Shown here: in pieces, positions 17,270 through 25,949 of the stretch
How positions within the stretch are numbered: position 1 is the stretch's first letter
Layout of the letters: each line of letters opens with the position of its first letter
From: Myxococcales bacterium
GTDB lineage: Bacteria; Myxococcota_A; Bradymonadia; REDH01
Length of the DNA: 64,000 nucleotides
Direction: 5' to 3'
Assembly: GCA_020633625.1 (NCBI GenBank)
Contig: JACKDJ010000008.1
Coordinates: 55,881-119,880, forward strand
The notes under the pieces: generated by a model
The model's input: the letters and a program-made list of their open reading frames with translations, nothing else
Database searches by the model: none
What the model was told of the DNA's origin: nothing
Made by a program: the position numbers and the translations under genes

Positions 17270-17708
17270 GATGTCAGCGTTTACTCCGAAGCAGCACTGC
17301 TTCGGGCCATGCCCGGTGATTGCTGCAACACAGCGGAAGTGGCTCCTCGGGCTTCCGGCCGCGGCCGCGATACTGGCCCTGGTTGCTCCGTCGTCGCTGC
17401 CGCTCCCGGCTCTGCTTGGGATCCCGTGGGGTGGCGAGTTCATCGGGTCCGTGGTGAGTCGCCACGGAGTTCGGCTGACGCGGGTCTGCCTCGAACCCAC
17501 GTCGCTGCGGTTCGAGGCCCACACGCCGTGCCGGTCGGAGGGTCAGAGACACCTCTCTTCCCGTCTGTGCGAACGGACGATCGTGGAGTTCCCGCACGAG
17601 AGCCTCGTGCGGGTTGCCCGTCACGCGGACGGGATTGAACTCTCGTCGGGGCACGTGTCGTCGCCTCCGACTGCCAGCTTGGCATTGGACCGGCGGACGA
17701 GTTCCTGA
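17270..17708 (+). CDS. Hypothetical small protein (possible signal/TM segment)
   Basis: ATG 17270, divergent from the nuclease operon. About 80% G/C at third positions over 17270-17620 (hand count). WLLGLPAAAAILALVAPSSLPLPALLG is a hydrophobic stretch. Its 3' end overlaps the convergent ORF below, and the two share codon phase, so the extent is uncertain. Confidence 0.35.
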
Positions 17709-17944
17709 AACCAGATGGCGGCGACCGCCATCAGGCGCTCGTGGGCCGCACTGGATTCGCCGGTGTGCGTCAACCGGGCGGCGAGGGCCGCGAGGTGGGT
17801 GCCCACGTCCCGAACGCGCCATTCCACGAGCTCGGCGCCCCGGTCGGAGAGCATGCGGTCTCGGATCCACGTGACGCCGAGCCGCGCCCCGGTGTCTTGA
17901 AGCCGCTCGCACGACCAGGAATCCCAGCGCTCGGTCGCCCCCAT
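17621..17944 (-). CDS. Hypothetical small protein
   Basis: MGATERWDSWSCERLQDTGARLGVTWIRDRMLSDRGAELVEWRVRDVGTHLAALAARLTHTGESSAAHERLMAVAAIWFQELVRR... Balanced composition, high GC3, no family recognised. Confidence 0.4.
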   Translation of the reverse strand: MGATERWDSWSCERLQDTGARLGVTWIRDRMLSDRGAELVEWRVRDVGTHLAALAARLTHTGESSAAHERLMAVAAIWFQELVRRSNAKLAVGGDDTCPDESSIPSA

Positions 17945-18381
17945 GGAAAGTCCGCCGGTGGACGGCACGTGGTGCCCCGCGCGTTCGCCTCGGTCTGCAG
18001 CAGGTGCGAGAGATCTAGACAGATTCGACCCCTGGCGCGTCGCTGGCGGACGCGAGGAACTCCCAAACGTTCACCTCGCCCGGATGCCAGTCGATCGGAG
18101 GCCACCCGGATTCTTCGCCAGTACTGCTGGTGGTACTCGTCCTCGTCGACAACACCGAGACACCTCGTGGACGCAGCGTACGCCGCGCTCGAGGGCGGCG
18201 CAGAGCGCGGCAAACCTTCGTAGTCCCACGATGAACGCGACGCTGTCCTGAATCGCGCGGCGGCGCCCGATCAGCATGGCGTGCGCGTACGGGCCGCGAT
18301 TCGTCAAGCCGTCCCGTCGTTCGACCGGCTGGTCCGGCTGGTCGCCGCTGCACTCCGCTAGCCGAATCCCGCAGCACCACA

Positions 18382-18407
18382 GGCGCAAGTCGAACGCTCG
18401 CGCGACG
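18382..18407 (+). repeat. Right copy of the 26-nt direct repeat bounding the island
   Basis: ggcgcaagtcgaacgCtcgcgcgacg, 25 of 26 identical to 10426-10451. The flanks are unrelated on both sides. Confidence 0.85.
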
Positions 18408-18490
18408 CGACCCCGCCGCGGCGTGCTTGTGTCGCGTGCCGCCGTCCGACTACCACCCGTGCCAGCGAACCCACGACACCCGAGGCCGCC

Positions 18491-19381
18491 ATGATCTCAC
18501 CGCTGTTCGACCCCGCCCGCTGGACCGAAGTCCCCGGCTTCGACTTCACCGACATCACGTACCACCGCTGCGTCGACCACGGCACCGTCCGGATCGCGTT
18601 CAGCCGCCCCGAGGTCCGCAACGCCTTTCGTCCCAACACCGTCGACGAGCTCTACCGCGCGCTCGACCACGCCCGGATGTGGTCCGACGTCGGCTGCGTC
18701 CTGATCACCGGGAACGGGCCGTCGCCGCGCGACGGCGGCTGGGCCTTCTGCTCCGGCGGCGATCAGCGCATCCGCGGTCGCGACGGCTACAAGTACGAGG
18801 GGAGCGAAGGCGTCGACGCCGCCCGACTCGGCCGCTTGCACATCCTCGAGGTGCAGCGCCTCATCCGCTTCATGCCAAAGATCGTCATCGCCGTCGTGAA
18901 CGGCTGGGCCGCCGGCGGAGGCCACAGCCTCCACGTCGTCTGCGACCTCACCCTCGCGTCGCGCCAGCACGGAATGTTCAAGCAGACCGACCCCGACGTC
19001 GCTTCGTTCGACTCCGGCTATGGCTCCGCGCTCCTCGCGCGCCAGGTCGGCCAGAAGCTCGCGCGCGAGATCTTCTTCATCGGCGCCGACATCACCGCCG
19101 AGCGGGCCGCCCAGATGGGCATGGTCAACGCCGTCGTCGACCACGAAGACCTCGAGCGCGTCGCCCTCGAGTGGGCCGCCGCCATCAACTCGAAGAGCCC
19201 CACCGCCATGCGCATGCTCAAGTTCGGCTTCAACATGATCGACGACGGCATGGTCGGACAGCAGCTCTTCGCCGGTGAGGCCACACGGCTCGCCTACGGC
19301 ACAGACGAGGCCCGCGAAGGCCGCGACTCGTTCCTGGAGAAGCGGCCGCGCGACTACAGCCGCTTTCCGTGGCACTTCTGA
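18491..19381 (+). CDS. menB: 1,4-dihydroxy-2-naphthoyl-CoA synthase
   Basis: 296 aa of the crotonase family with MenB-specific features (FCSGGDQRIRG, VNGWAAGGGHSLHVVCDLT, C-terminal RPRDYSRFPWHF-type tail). Confidence 0.95.
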   Translation: MISPLFDPARWTEVPGFDFTDITYHRCVDHGTVRIAFSRPEVRNAFRPNTVDELYRALDHARMWSDVGCVLITGNGPSPRDGGWAFCSGGDQRIRGRDGYKYEGSEGVDAARLGRLHILEVQRLIRFMPKIVIAVVNGWAAGGGHSLHVVCDLTLASRQHGMFKQTDPDVASFDSGYGSALLARQVGQKLAREIFFIGADITAERAAQMGMVNAVVDHEDLERVALEWAAAINSKSPTAMRMLKFGFNMIDDGMVGQQLFAGEATRLAYGTDEAREGRDSFLEKRPRDYSRFPWHF

Positions 19382-19406
19382 GCACGAAGATCGAATAGTG
19401 CAGAAA

Positions 19407-19436
19407 ATGGCACTTTGCTGTTGCGCGAAGTGCCAT
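19407..19436. promoter_or_regulatory. Perfect 9-bp inverted repeat ATGGCACTT-N12-AAGTGCCAT (menB terminator or operator)
   Basis: Lies 26 nt after the menB stop and 21 nt before the ATG of the downstream HTH-like gene, in a locally A/T-richer stretch. Followed by ctatttgtgt. Confidence 0.35.
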
Positions 19437-19456
19437 CGGTGGCTATTTGTGTCGTC

Positions 19457-20227
19457 ATGGAACACGACGACGACATCACATCCGGCGAGCTGACCCAGCG
19501 GGTCGTCTACGCCCTCTTGCACCCCCCCGTCCGAGTCGCGAACGCGCTCGGTCTCTCGCTTCGGCAGCTCTCCGAGCTCGTCGAGACGGCGTACTTCCAG
19601 GAAGTGCGCGCCGAGGGGGCGACACTCGATGCTGCGGCCGAGCGCCTCGGAATCAGCCGTCGCACAGCGTCTCGGCTGGCGACGCAGCTCCGCGAGCGGT
19701 TTCTGCTGCCGGAGCTGCGGCACAACCTGCCGCGCAGGCTGGAGTTCATGCTCAGCGCCGAGCCGCTGAGCGCGACGCGGCTCAAGCAACTCCTCGCAGA
19801 CGTCGACGGCGACGACATCGACGCTGCGCTCGCCGCGCTCGTCGAGGAGGGCCGCGTCGAGCTCGTGGCCGGGCGAACGCCGACGTATCGGCCAGCGGCC
19901 GCCGTCCGCAAGCTCCAGCGCGACACATGGGTCAAGCGGATCGGCGGCCTTACGAGCCTCGCCGGGAACGTCGCCGACGCGGCCTATGGCCGCTTCTTCA
20001 AGGACGACCCGCGCTCGTTTGCACGAACGCTCAGCTTTCGCGTCGCTGCCGGCGCGGAGGCTCGGCTCACCGCGTGGTACGAGTCGGCGCTGCTGCCGAT
20101 GGTCGTCGCAGCGGACCAAGAAGCAGATGAAGTGGGAGAAGCGACGTCCATGCAGCTCTCGCTGTGCTGGGCGCCATACGAGCTGATCAGGGAGCCCCAT
20201 ACGGGGGAAACGGAGGGAGCAGAATGA
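19457..20227 (+). CDS. Hypothetical HTH-type regulator-like protein
   Basis: MEHDDDITSGEL... with HTH-like segments (LSLRQLSELVETAY; LDAAAERLGISRRTASRLATQL). The stop overlaps the next gene's ATG. Confidence 0.6.
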   Translation: MEHDDDITSGELTQRVVYALLHPPVRVANALGLSLRQLSELVETAYFQEVRAEGATLDAAAERLGISRRTASRLATQLRERFLLPELRHNLPRRLEFMLSAEPLSATRLKQLLADVDGDDIDAALAALVEEGRVELVAGRTPTYRPAAAVRKLQRDTWVKRIGGLTSLAGNVADAAYGRFFKDDPRSFARTLSFRVAAGAEARLTAWYESALLPMVVAADQEADEVGEATSMQLSLCWAPYELIREPHTGETEGAE

Positions 20228-21750
20228 ACGTGCGTGTGTTGTTCGGGATGATGATGGCGGGCGCGGTTGGGTGCGGCACGGCTGCCGAGAACGCGTCGGA
20301 TCTGTGTGGCGCAGACGACGTGTTTGCGCTCGCGGGTGCGAACTACTGTGTCGTGATCGAAGAGGGATTCCTCGAGGCGGACTGCCCCGACGACTTCCCG
20401 TTCGGACGCGACTTCGACGGCGTGATCGTCTGCGGCGAGGAAGAGCCGCCAGACGAGGCGCGCGACGAGCTCGTCGAGCGCGGGCTCCTCGACCCCGTCT
20501 GCGAAGACGACCCTGCGACCGGCCGCCACTACGTGGCTGTCGGCGCGGCCTGCGACGTGGTCGACCTGTCGTGCGGCGATGAGGAGGAGCCGTTCCGCGA
20601 CGACTGCGGGTGCGGCTGCCAGACGGTCGGCGAGTGCGAAGAGGGGGCGACCCGCACCGAAGACTGCAACACCTGCTCCTGCGTCGGCGGCATGTGGGCC
20701 TGCACGGGGCTCGCATGCGAGTGCTCTGCCGGACAGACGCAGCCCTACCGCTGCGACACGGAGTGCACGTGCGCGTCCGGCACTTGGGACTGCCCGGACG
20801 TCACATGCCCTCTCGAGGAGTGCCTCGCAGAGTGCGGCGACGGCTGCCCGGCGCCCGAGTTCCAGCCGTGCGGTGCCGACGGCGAGCTCTACTGCAACGA
20901 GTGCGAGATGAGCTGCCACGGCGTCGAGCCGGCCGCCGACCGCAGCGTGTGCTCCTCGCTCGAGACGTGCCTCGAGGAGTGTGGCGTGGGCTGCCCCGCG
21001 CCCGAGTTCCAGCTCTGCGGTGTCGATGGCGAGCTCTACTGCACCGACTGCACGATGGCGTGCTACGGCGTCGAGCTCGCGAGTGATGCTACGCTGTGCG
21101 ACGACAGGCGCGACTGCGAGGCGGGCGACCTCTACGACGGGCCGTGCGGTCCCCAGTTCAGCTGCGTCGACGGCGCATGGGTCGGCCCGGAGACCTGCGA
21201 GCCCTACGACTGCGGGATGGACTGCCTCGAGGCCGGCGGGAGCGTGTGCGGCGAGAACGGCAACATCTACGTCACCGACTGCTGGCGCCGCTGCTACGGC
21301 GTCCCGGTCGCCGACTCGTCTGACGTCTGCGAGCCCGACATCGGCATCTGCGACATCTCGGACTCGCTGCCGACCGAGATCGACTGGGCGCTGGTAGAGC
21401 TCCCCGACACCTGCTCGCCACCCATGGACTCGTTCGAGGAGGTCCGCATCGTGACCGACGAGACCGCGCTGCTCGCGGCCTTCGAATGCTGGGAGGGGAC
21501 CGTCACCGGCATCGACTGGGACACACAGCGCGTGGCGGTCGTCTCGTACTTCCAGCGCACGACGATGACGGTGATGGGTGCATACGACGAGGCGGGGCGG
21601 ATCCGCATCCAGCTCGCCGCGGAAGCATACTGCGGCGGCGCCGCGCCGCCGACGGCCCTCGCCGCCGTCGCGATCCCGGCCGGCGACGCCGAGGTGTTCA
21701 CTACGCCGTGCGGCTACGGCTCCTGCCCCATCGGGCCGCCGGTCCCTTAG
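20224..21750 (+). CDS. Secreted lipoprotein with three Kazal-like Cys-rich modules
   Basis: Lipobox MMMAGAVGC. Modules CPAPEFQPCGADGELYCNECEMSCHGVE, CPAPEFQLCGVDGELYCTDCTMACYGVE and GGSVCGENGNIYVTDCWRRCYGVPV match the Kazal core pattern C-x-PVCG-x-DG-x-TY-x-N-x-C. Confidence 0.8.
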   Translation: MNVRVLFGMMMAGAVGCGTAAENASDLCGADDVFALAGANYCVVIEEGFLEADCPDDFPFGRDFDGVIVCGEEEPPDEARDELVERGLLDPVCEDDPATGRHYVAVGAACDVVDLSCGDEEEPFRDDCGCGCQTVGECEEGATRTEDCNTCSCVGGMWACTGLACECSAGQTQPYRCDTECTCASGTWDCPDVTCPLEECLAECGDGCPAPEFQPCGADGELYCNECEMSCHGVEPAADRSVCSSLETCLEECGVGCPAPEFQLCGVDGELYCTDCTMACYGVELASDATLCDDRRDCEAGDLYDGPCGPQFSCVDGAWVGPETCEPYDCGMDCLEAGGSVCGENGNIYVTDCWRRCYGVPVADSSDVCEPDIGICDISDSLPTEIDWALVELPDTCSPPMDSFEEVRIVTDETALLAAFECWEGTVTGIDWDTQRVAVVSYFQRTTMTVMGAYDEAGRIRIQLAAEAYCGGAAPPTALAAVAIPAGDAEVFTTPCGYGSCPIGPPVP

Positions 21751-21864
21751 CGCCGGACCCGGCCTTCTCGCGCGAGCGGCGCGTCACCCCGGCGGTGGCC
21801 GCCGCTCGCGGTCGTTTTGGCACCGCTGCGCCAAGGGCGGACCGCGTGGCGCCGCCACTTCCGA

Positions 21865-23016
21865 CTACCCCCCACAGAACTCGTCGTAGCGCTCGAACCC
21901 GGCAAACGTCGCGGACTCGCCGCAGACGCGGCAGCCGGGATCACGAGCCAGCTTGAGCTCGCGGAACCGTTGGTCCAGCGCGTCATAGACGATCAGGCGC
22001 CCAATCAGCGGCGTGCCAACGCCAAGCAGCAGCTTCAGCACCTCGGTCGCCTGGATCAGTCCGATCGTGCCGGGAACCACTCCCAAGACCCCCGCCTCGT
22101 GGCACGCCGGCGCCAGCTCTGGCGGTGGCGGCTCGGGGTACAGGCAGCGGTAGCACGGCCCCTCGCCCGGCTTGACGACCGTCACCTGTCCCTCGAACCG
22201 ATACACGGACCCGGTCACGCTCGGAATGCCGAGGTGCACACAGGCGTCGTTGACGAGGTAGCGCGTCGCGAAGTTGTCGCCGCCATCGACGATCACGTCG
22301 TAGCCAGAGAACAGGTCGACGACGTTGTCTGCCGTCAGTCGAACCTCGTGCGCGTTGACCAAACAGTCAGGGTTCAGCGCCTCGATCGTGCGCTTCGCCG
22401 AGACCACCTTCGCGACGCCGATGCGATCCTCCGTGTGCAGGATCTGGCGCTGCAGATTGGATCGGTCGACGACGTCACTGTCGATCACACCGAGTGTCCC
22501 CACGCCGGCGGCCGCGAGGTAGTACGCGGCCGGCGAGCCCAGGCCTCCCGCGCCGACCAGCAAGACCTTCGAGTCCAGCAGCCTCCGCTGCCCCGCCTCG
22601 CCGACCTCCGGGATCAGCAGATGTCGGCTATAACGCGACGTCTGCTCGGCAGTCAGTGTCCGCGGGACCGAGAAGCGAAGCCCCTGCTGCTTCCACGCGG
22701 CGAACCCGCCCGCCAGCGACCTCACATTCGTGTATCCGAGCGCAGCCAGCGTCGCGGCCGCGAACGCCGACCGCGTCCCGCCGCCGCAGTAGAGCACGAG
22801 CTCCCGAGACCGGTCCGGCACCGCTTCCTCGATGCGCAGCTCGAGCAGCCCACGCGGGATGAGCAGCGCGCCGTCGAGATGCCCCTCCGCCGTCTCGCTA
22901 GCCTCGCGCACATCGACGGGCGTCGCACCGCGCTCGAGCGCCGCCCGCGCGGCGTCCACGTCGATCTCCGTGATCGCGGAGCGCACATTCTCGAGCAGGG
23001 TCTGAAGCGTCGACAT
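21865..23016 (-). CDS. moeB: ThiF/MoeB-family adenylyltransferase with an N-terminal rhodanese domain
   Basis: ATG at 23016. Rhodanese domain with active-site CGGGTRS. Then LLVGAGGLGSPAAYYLAAAGVG, DRSNLQRQ, CYRC...C..C (E1-like fold). Confidence 0.85.
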   Translation of the reverse strand: MSTLQTLLENVRSAITEIDVDAARAALERGATPVDVREASETAEGHLDGALLIPRGLLELRIEEAVPDRSRELVLYCGGGTRSAFAAATLAALGYTNVRSLAGGFAAWKQQGLRFSVPRTLTAEQTSRYSRHLLIPEVGEAGQRRLLDSKVLLVGAGGLGSPAAYYLAAAGVGTLGVIDSDVVDRSNLQRQILHTEDRIGVAKVVSAKRTIEALNPDCLVNAHEVRLTADNVVDLFSGYDVIVDGGDNFATRYLVNDACVHLGIPSVTGSVYRFEGQVTVVKPGEGPCYRCLYPEPPPPELAPACHEAGVLGVVPGTIGLIQATEVLKLLLGVGTPLIGRLIVYDALDQRFRELKLARDPGCRVCGESATFAGFERYDEFCGG

Positions 23017-23234
23017 TCGGCAACCGGCTTGCACAGGACGAGGCCGCAGCCTCCGAGCCGCGACGCTAAGCGGGCGCACGCGACGTGGCAACCGGTGGCG
23101 GCGGTGGCGCGCGTCGCAGCGCGCGTCCAACGCGCACGCTTGAGCGCCACGGGGCGGCCCGCTACGCTCGAACCACGTCGCCGCGCCGGACCCTATCGCC
23201 CGCCGCGCGCCTCGCGCCCGCACCCGAGTCACCC

Positions 23235-24257
23235 ATGCGCGCCCTCGCGACCCTCGCCCTCTCGCTCCCCCTCCTGGCCGCGTGCTCCTCACTCGGCATC
23301 GAGTCGGACCTCGGCTTCCAGGACCTCAGCCTCGGCGCACCGACGCTCGGAGAGCGGGCGCTGGCGACCGGCGCAGACATGCAGATCCGCGTTGTCTGCG
23401 GGCGGTGCGACACGGCCGACGTCACAGAGGCGACCAGCGAGGCGCCGTCCGTCCTCGAGGTGGTCGGCTTCGCCGATGACGTCGTCACGGTTCGGGGGCT
23501 CGCGCCCGGCACCGCGTTCCTGCGCGTGCACATCGGTGGAACGGACGACGCCATCGCGATTCACGTCGAAGACGCAGAAGACGCGACCATTCGGATGCTC
23601 CCCTGGCCCGACTTCGCGCCGCTTCCCGCCTCACTCTGGGACGGCGGCTTCGCGATGCTCTCGGGTAGCGAGATCGAGATCCGCGCCTTCCCGAAAGACG
23701 CCGCCGGAGAGCGGCTCACGGGCTTCGGCGGCGTGAGCTGGGCCGTCGACGACACCTCTGCTGCCGACCTCTCTCGCGTCTCCGGCCTCGGCGCCGACCA
23801 GGTGCAGGTCGTCGCGACCGGAGCCGCCGGGTCCTCGTTCGTCGTCACGCCCACTGTCGGCGACCAGAAGCCGATCCGCATCGTGGGCGAGGCCGACGTC
23901 GACCACCTCGAGGTCTACGTCGGGCGCGCGACCGACTTCTTGCTCCACGAGGGCGACGAGCTGGAGCTCGAGGCCGGCGCGGCGACCATCTTCCATGTCG
24001 TCGCGCTGACCGCTGACGGACTGTACGTGTCGGGCCCCGGCGCGACGCTCGCCACATTCACCGTCGGTGGCGACCTGGCTGGCACCGTCACCGACGCTGT
24101 CGCGACGCTGACGACGGACGGCGGCGACGATCCGCGCCTCGAGTACGACCGCGGCTTCCTGCTCACCGGGAGCCAGAGCGGGACCGCCGGTCCTCTCACC
24201 TTTGACTGGGCCGGCCACAGCGTCACGATCGCGCTGCGCATCGTGCCGGCCTCCTAG
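23235..24257 (+). CDS. Lipoprotein with Ig-like (Big_2-type) repeats, hypothetical
   Basis: MRALATLALSLPLLAAC lipobox. VVGFADDVVTVRGLAPGTAFLRVHI-type beta-strand repeats. Confidence 0.75.
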   Translation: MRALATLALSLPLLAACSSLGIESDLGFQDLSLGAPTLGERALATGADMQIRVVCGRCDTADVTEATSEAPSVLEVVGFADDVVTVRGLAPGTAFLRVHIGGTDDAIAIHVEDAEDATIRMLPWPDFAPLPASLWDGGFAMLSGSEIEIRAFPKDAAGERLTGFGGVSWAVDDTSAADLSRVSGLGADQVQVVATGAAGSSFVVTPTVGDQKPIRIVGEADVDHLEVYVGRATDFLLHEGDELELEAGAATIFHVVALTADGLYVSGPGATLATFTVGGDLAGTVTDAVATLTTDGGDDPRLEYDRGFLLTGSQSGTAGPLTFDWAGHSVTIALRIVPAS

Positions 24258-24297
24258 CCGCGCGGGACGGACTGCGCGCTGACGCCCGCGTTACGCC

Positions 24298-24954
24298 CTA
24301 GACGGCGTCTGGCTGCCGCTCTGGCACCGCCGCCGCGAATGGAGCCAGCGCGCCCGCAGCCGCCTCGGCGGCGACGACGCGCGGGAAGGGCGCGAGGTCG
24401 ACGCCGAATCGGCGCGCGTTGTACACCTGCGGAACCAGACAAACATCCGCGACGGTGACCGCGTCGCCGACCGCGTGCGCGCCAGCTGTATCGGCGAGCA
24501 CGGCCTCAATGGCCTCCAGCCCCATCCCGATCCAGTGGGCCGCCCAGCGCCGTTGCCCGGCCGCGTCGGCCCCGAGCTCGCTCTCGAGATACTGCAGCAC
24601 CCGCAGGTTCTGCAGCGGCTGCGTCCCGGCGTTCACCAGCTCCGCGATCCGAAGCGCCTGCGCGCGGGCGTATGCCGCGGCGGGGTAGAGGGACGGGGTG
24701 GGGCGGGTCTGCTCCAGATAGTCGACGATCGCGAGCGACTCGCTCAGCCGCACGCCGTCGATCTCGAGCGACGGGACCAGCGCCGCCGGATTCACCGCGC
24801 GGTACTCGGCGCGGCGCTGCTCGCCACCATCGCGTACGAGGTGGACGGGCACCGTCTCGTAGGCCACGCCCTTACAGTTGAGCGCGATCCGCACACGCCA
24901 CGATGCGCTCGAGCGCCAGTACGCGTAGAGCCTGGTCGGTCCCGGTGCCGTCAT
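24298..24954 (-). CDS. maiA: Maleylacetoacetate isomerase (GST zeta class)
   Basis: LYAYWRSSASWRVRIALNCKG...NPAALVPSL...SLAIVDYLE is typical of GST-zeta. Coupled (ATGA) to the upstream FAH gene. Confidence 0.88.
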   Translation of the reverse strand: MTAPGPTRLYAYWRSSASWRVRIALNCKGVAYETVPVHLVRDGGEQRRAEYRAVNPAALVPSLEIDGVRLSESLAIVDYLEQTRPTPSLYPAAAYARAQALRIAELVNAGTQPLQNLRVLQYLESELGADAAGQRRWAAHWIGMGLEAIEAVLADTAGAHAVGDAVTVADVCLVPQVYNARRFGVDLAPFPRVVAAEAAAGALAPFAAAVPERQPDAV

Positions 24955-25937
24955 CGGGGAGCCTGCGCGACGCGCTGCGAGATCTTTCCGAAGATCGAGG
25001 CCCCGTCTGGGCCGAACATCTCGATCTCGACCCGGTCACCGAACTTCATGAACGGCGTCTTGATCGCGCCCTCGTCGATCTGCTCGATCATCCGCCGCTC
25101 GGCGAGGCAGCTCGAGCCCCGCGCGCGGTCCTCGTTCGAGACCGTCCCGCTGCCGATGATCGTGCCGGCGGTGAGCGGGCGCGTCTTGCAAACATGCTCG
25201 ATCAGCTCGCAGAAGCCGAAGTGCATGTCGGGCCCTGCCTCGGGGTCGCCGAACACCTCGCCGTTGTACCGCGTGACGAGCGGAAGGTGAACGCGGCCGC
25301 CGCGCCACGCGTCGCCGAGCTCGTCGGGAGTGACGGCAAACGGCGAGAACGCGGTCGACGGCTTCGACACGAAGAAGCCGAACCCCTTGGCGAGCTCCTC
25401 GGGGATCAGGTTCCGCAGCGTCACGTCGTTGACGAGCACGACCAGGCGCACGTAGTCGGCGGCTTCGGCGGCCGTCGTTCCGCGCGGAACGTCGCCGACG
25501 ATGACGGCGACCTCGCTCTCGAAGTCGATGCCCCAGGCCTCGGTCGGGAACGTGATGTCTTCGGTCGGCTTCAAGAAGGTACCGCTGCCGCCCTGGTACA
25601 CGAGCGGGTCCGTCTTCAGCGTCGCCGGTGGTTCCGCGCCGCGCGCCTTTCGCACGAGCACGATGTGGTTGATGTATGCGCTGCCGTCGATCCACTCATA
25701 CGCTCGCGGGAGAGGCGAGTGGAGCGCCGTCGGGTCGACCGGGCGGATGTCTTGCTGCGCGCCCGAGTTGAGCATGTCGTACCGAGCGCGGAGCCGCGGC
25801 TGCACGCGGTCCCACTGGTCGAGCGCCGCCTGCAGCGTCGGCGCGATGTCTGCGGCCGAGACGCAGCTCGTTCCGTCGCGCGAGACGATCACGAGCGAGC
25901 CGTCGCGGCTGCCGTCGGCTAGAGTTGCGAGCTTCAC
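24951..25937 (-). CDS. Fumarylacetoacetate hydrolase family protein
   Basis: 328 aa, MKLATLADGSRDGSLVIVSRD..., FAH-fold C-terminal domain. Genomic context with maiA. Confidence 0.85.
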   Translation of the reverse strand: MKLATLADGSRDGSLVIVSRDGTSCVSAADIAPTLQAALDQWDRVQPRLRARYDMLNSGAQQDIRPVDPTALHSPLPRAYEWIDGSAYINHIVLVRKARGAEPPATLKTDPLVYQGGSGTFLKPTEDITFPTEAWGIDFESEVAVIVGDVPRGTTAAEAADYVRLVVLVNDVTLRNLIPEELAKGFGFFVSKPSTAFSPFAVTPDELGDAWRGGRVHLPLVTRYNGEVFGDPEAGPDMHFGFCELIEHVCKTRPLTAGTIIGSGTVSNEDRARGSSCLAERRMIEQIDEGAIKTPFMKFGDRVEIEMFGPDGASIFGKISQRVAQAPR

Positions 25938-25949
25938 GGTGTGGCCTCC

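Noticed and set aside
19408-19424. Sigma-54 promoter-like TGGCAC ... TTGC upstream of the HTH-like gene
   Set aside because: The spacing between the GG and GC elements is wrong: TTGC occurs 1 nt or 7 nt after TGGCAC, not the consensus 5 nt. The TGGCAC is better explained as half of the 9-bp inverted repeat.
18497-20716. 739-aa minus-strand ORF spanning menB and the HTH-like gene
   Set aside because: It is antisense to menB, which is a strong match. The product is dominated by R/P/G/A runs, so it is a shadow ORF.
21790-21818. Short hairpin cggcgg-tgg-ccgccg followed about 10 nt later by gtcgtttt, after the Kazal-like lipoprotein gene
   Set aside because: It has a 6-bp stem with a 3-nt loop, and the T-tract is displaced from the stem. 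Too weak to call a terminator without 3'-end data.
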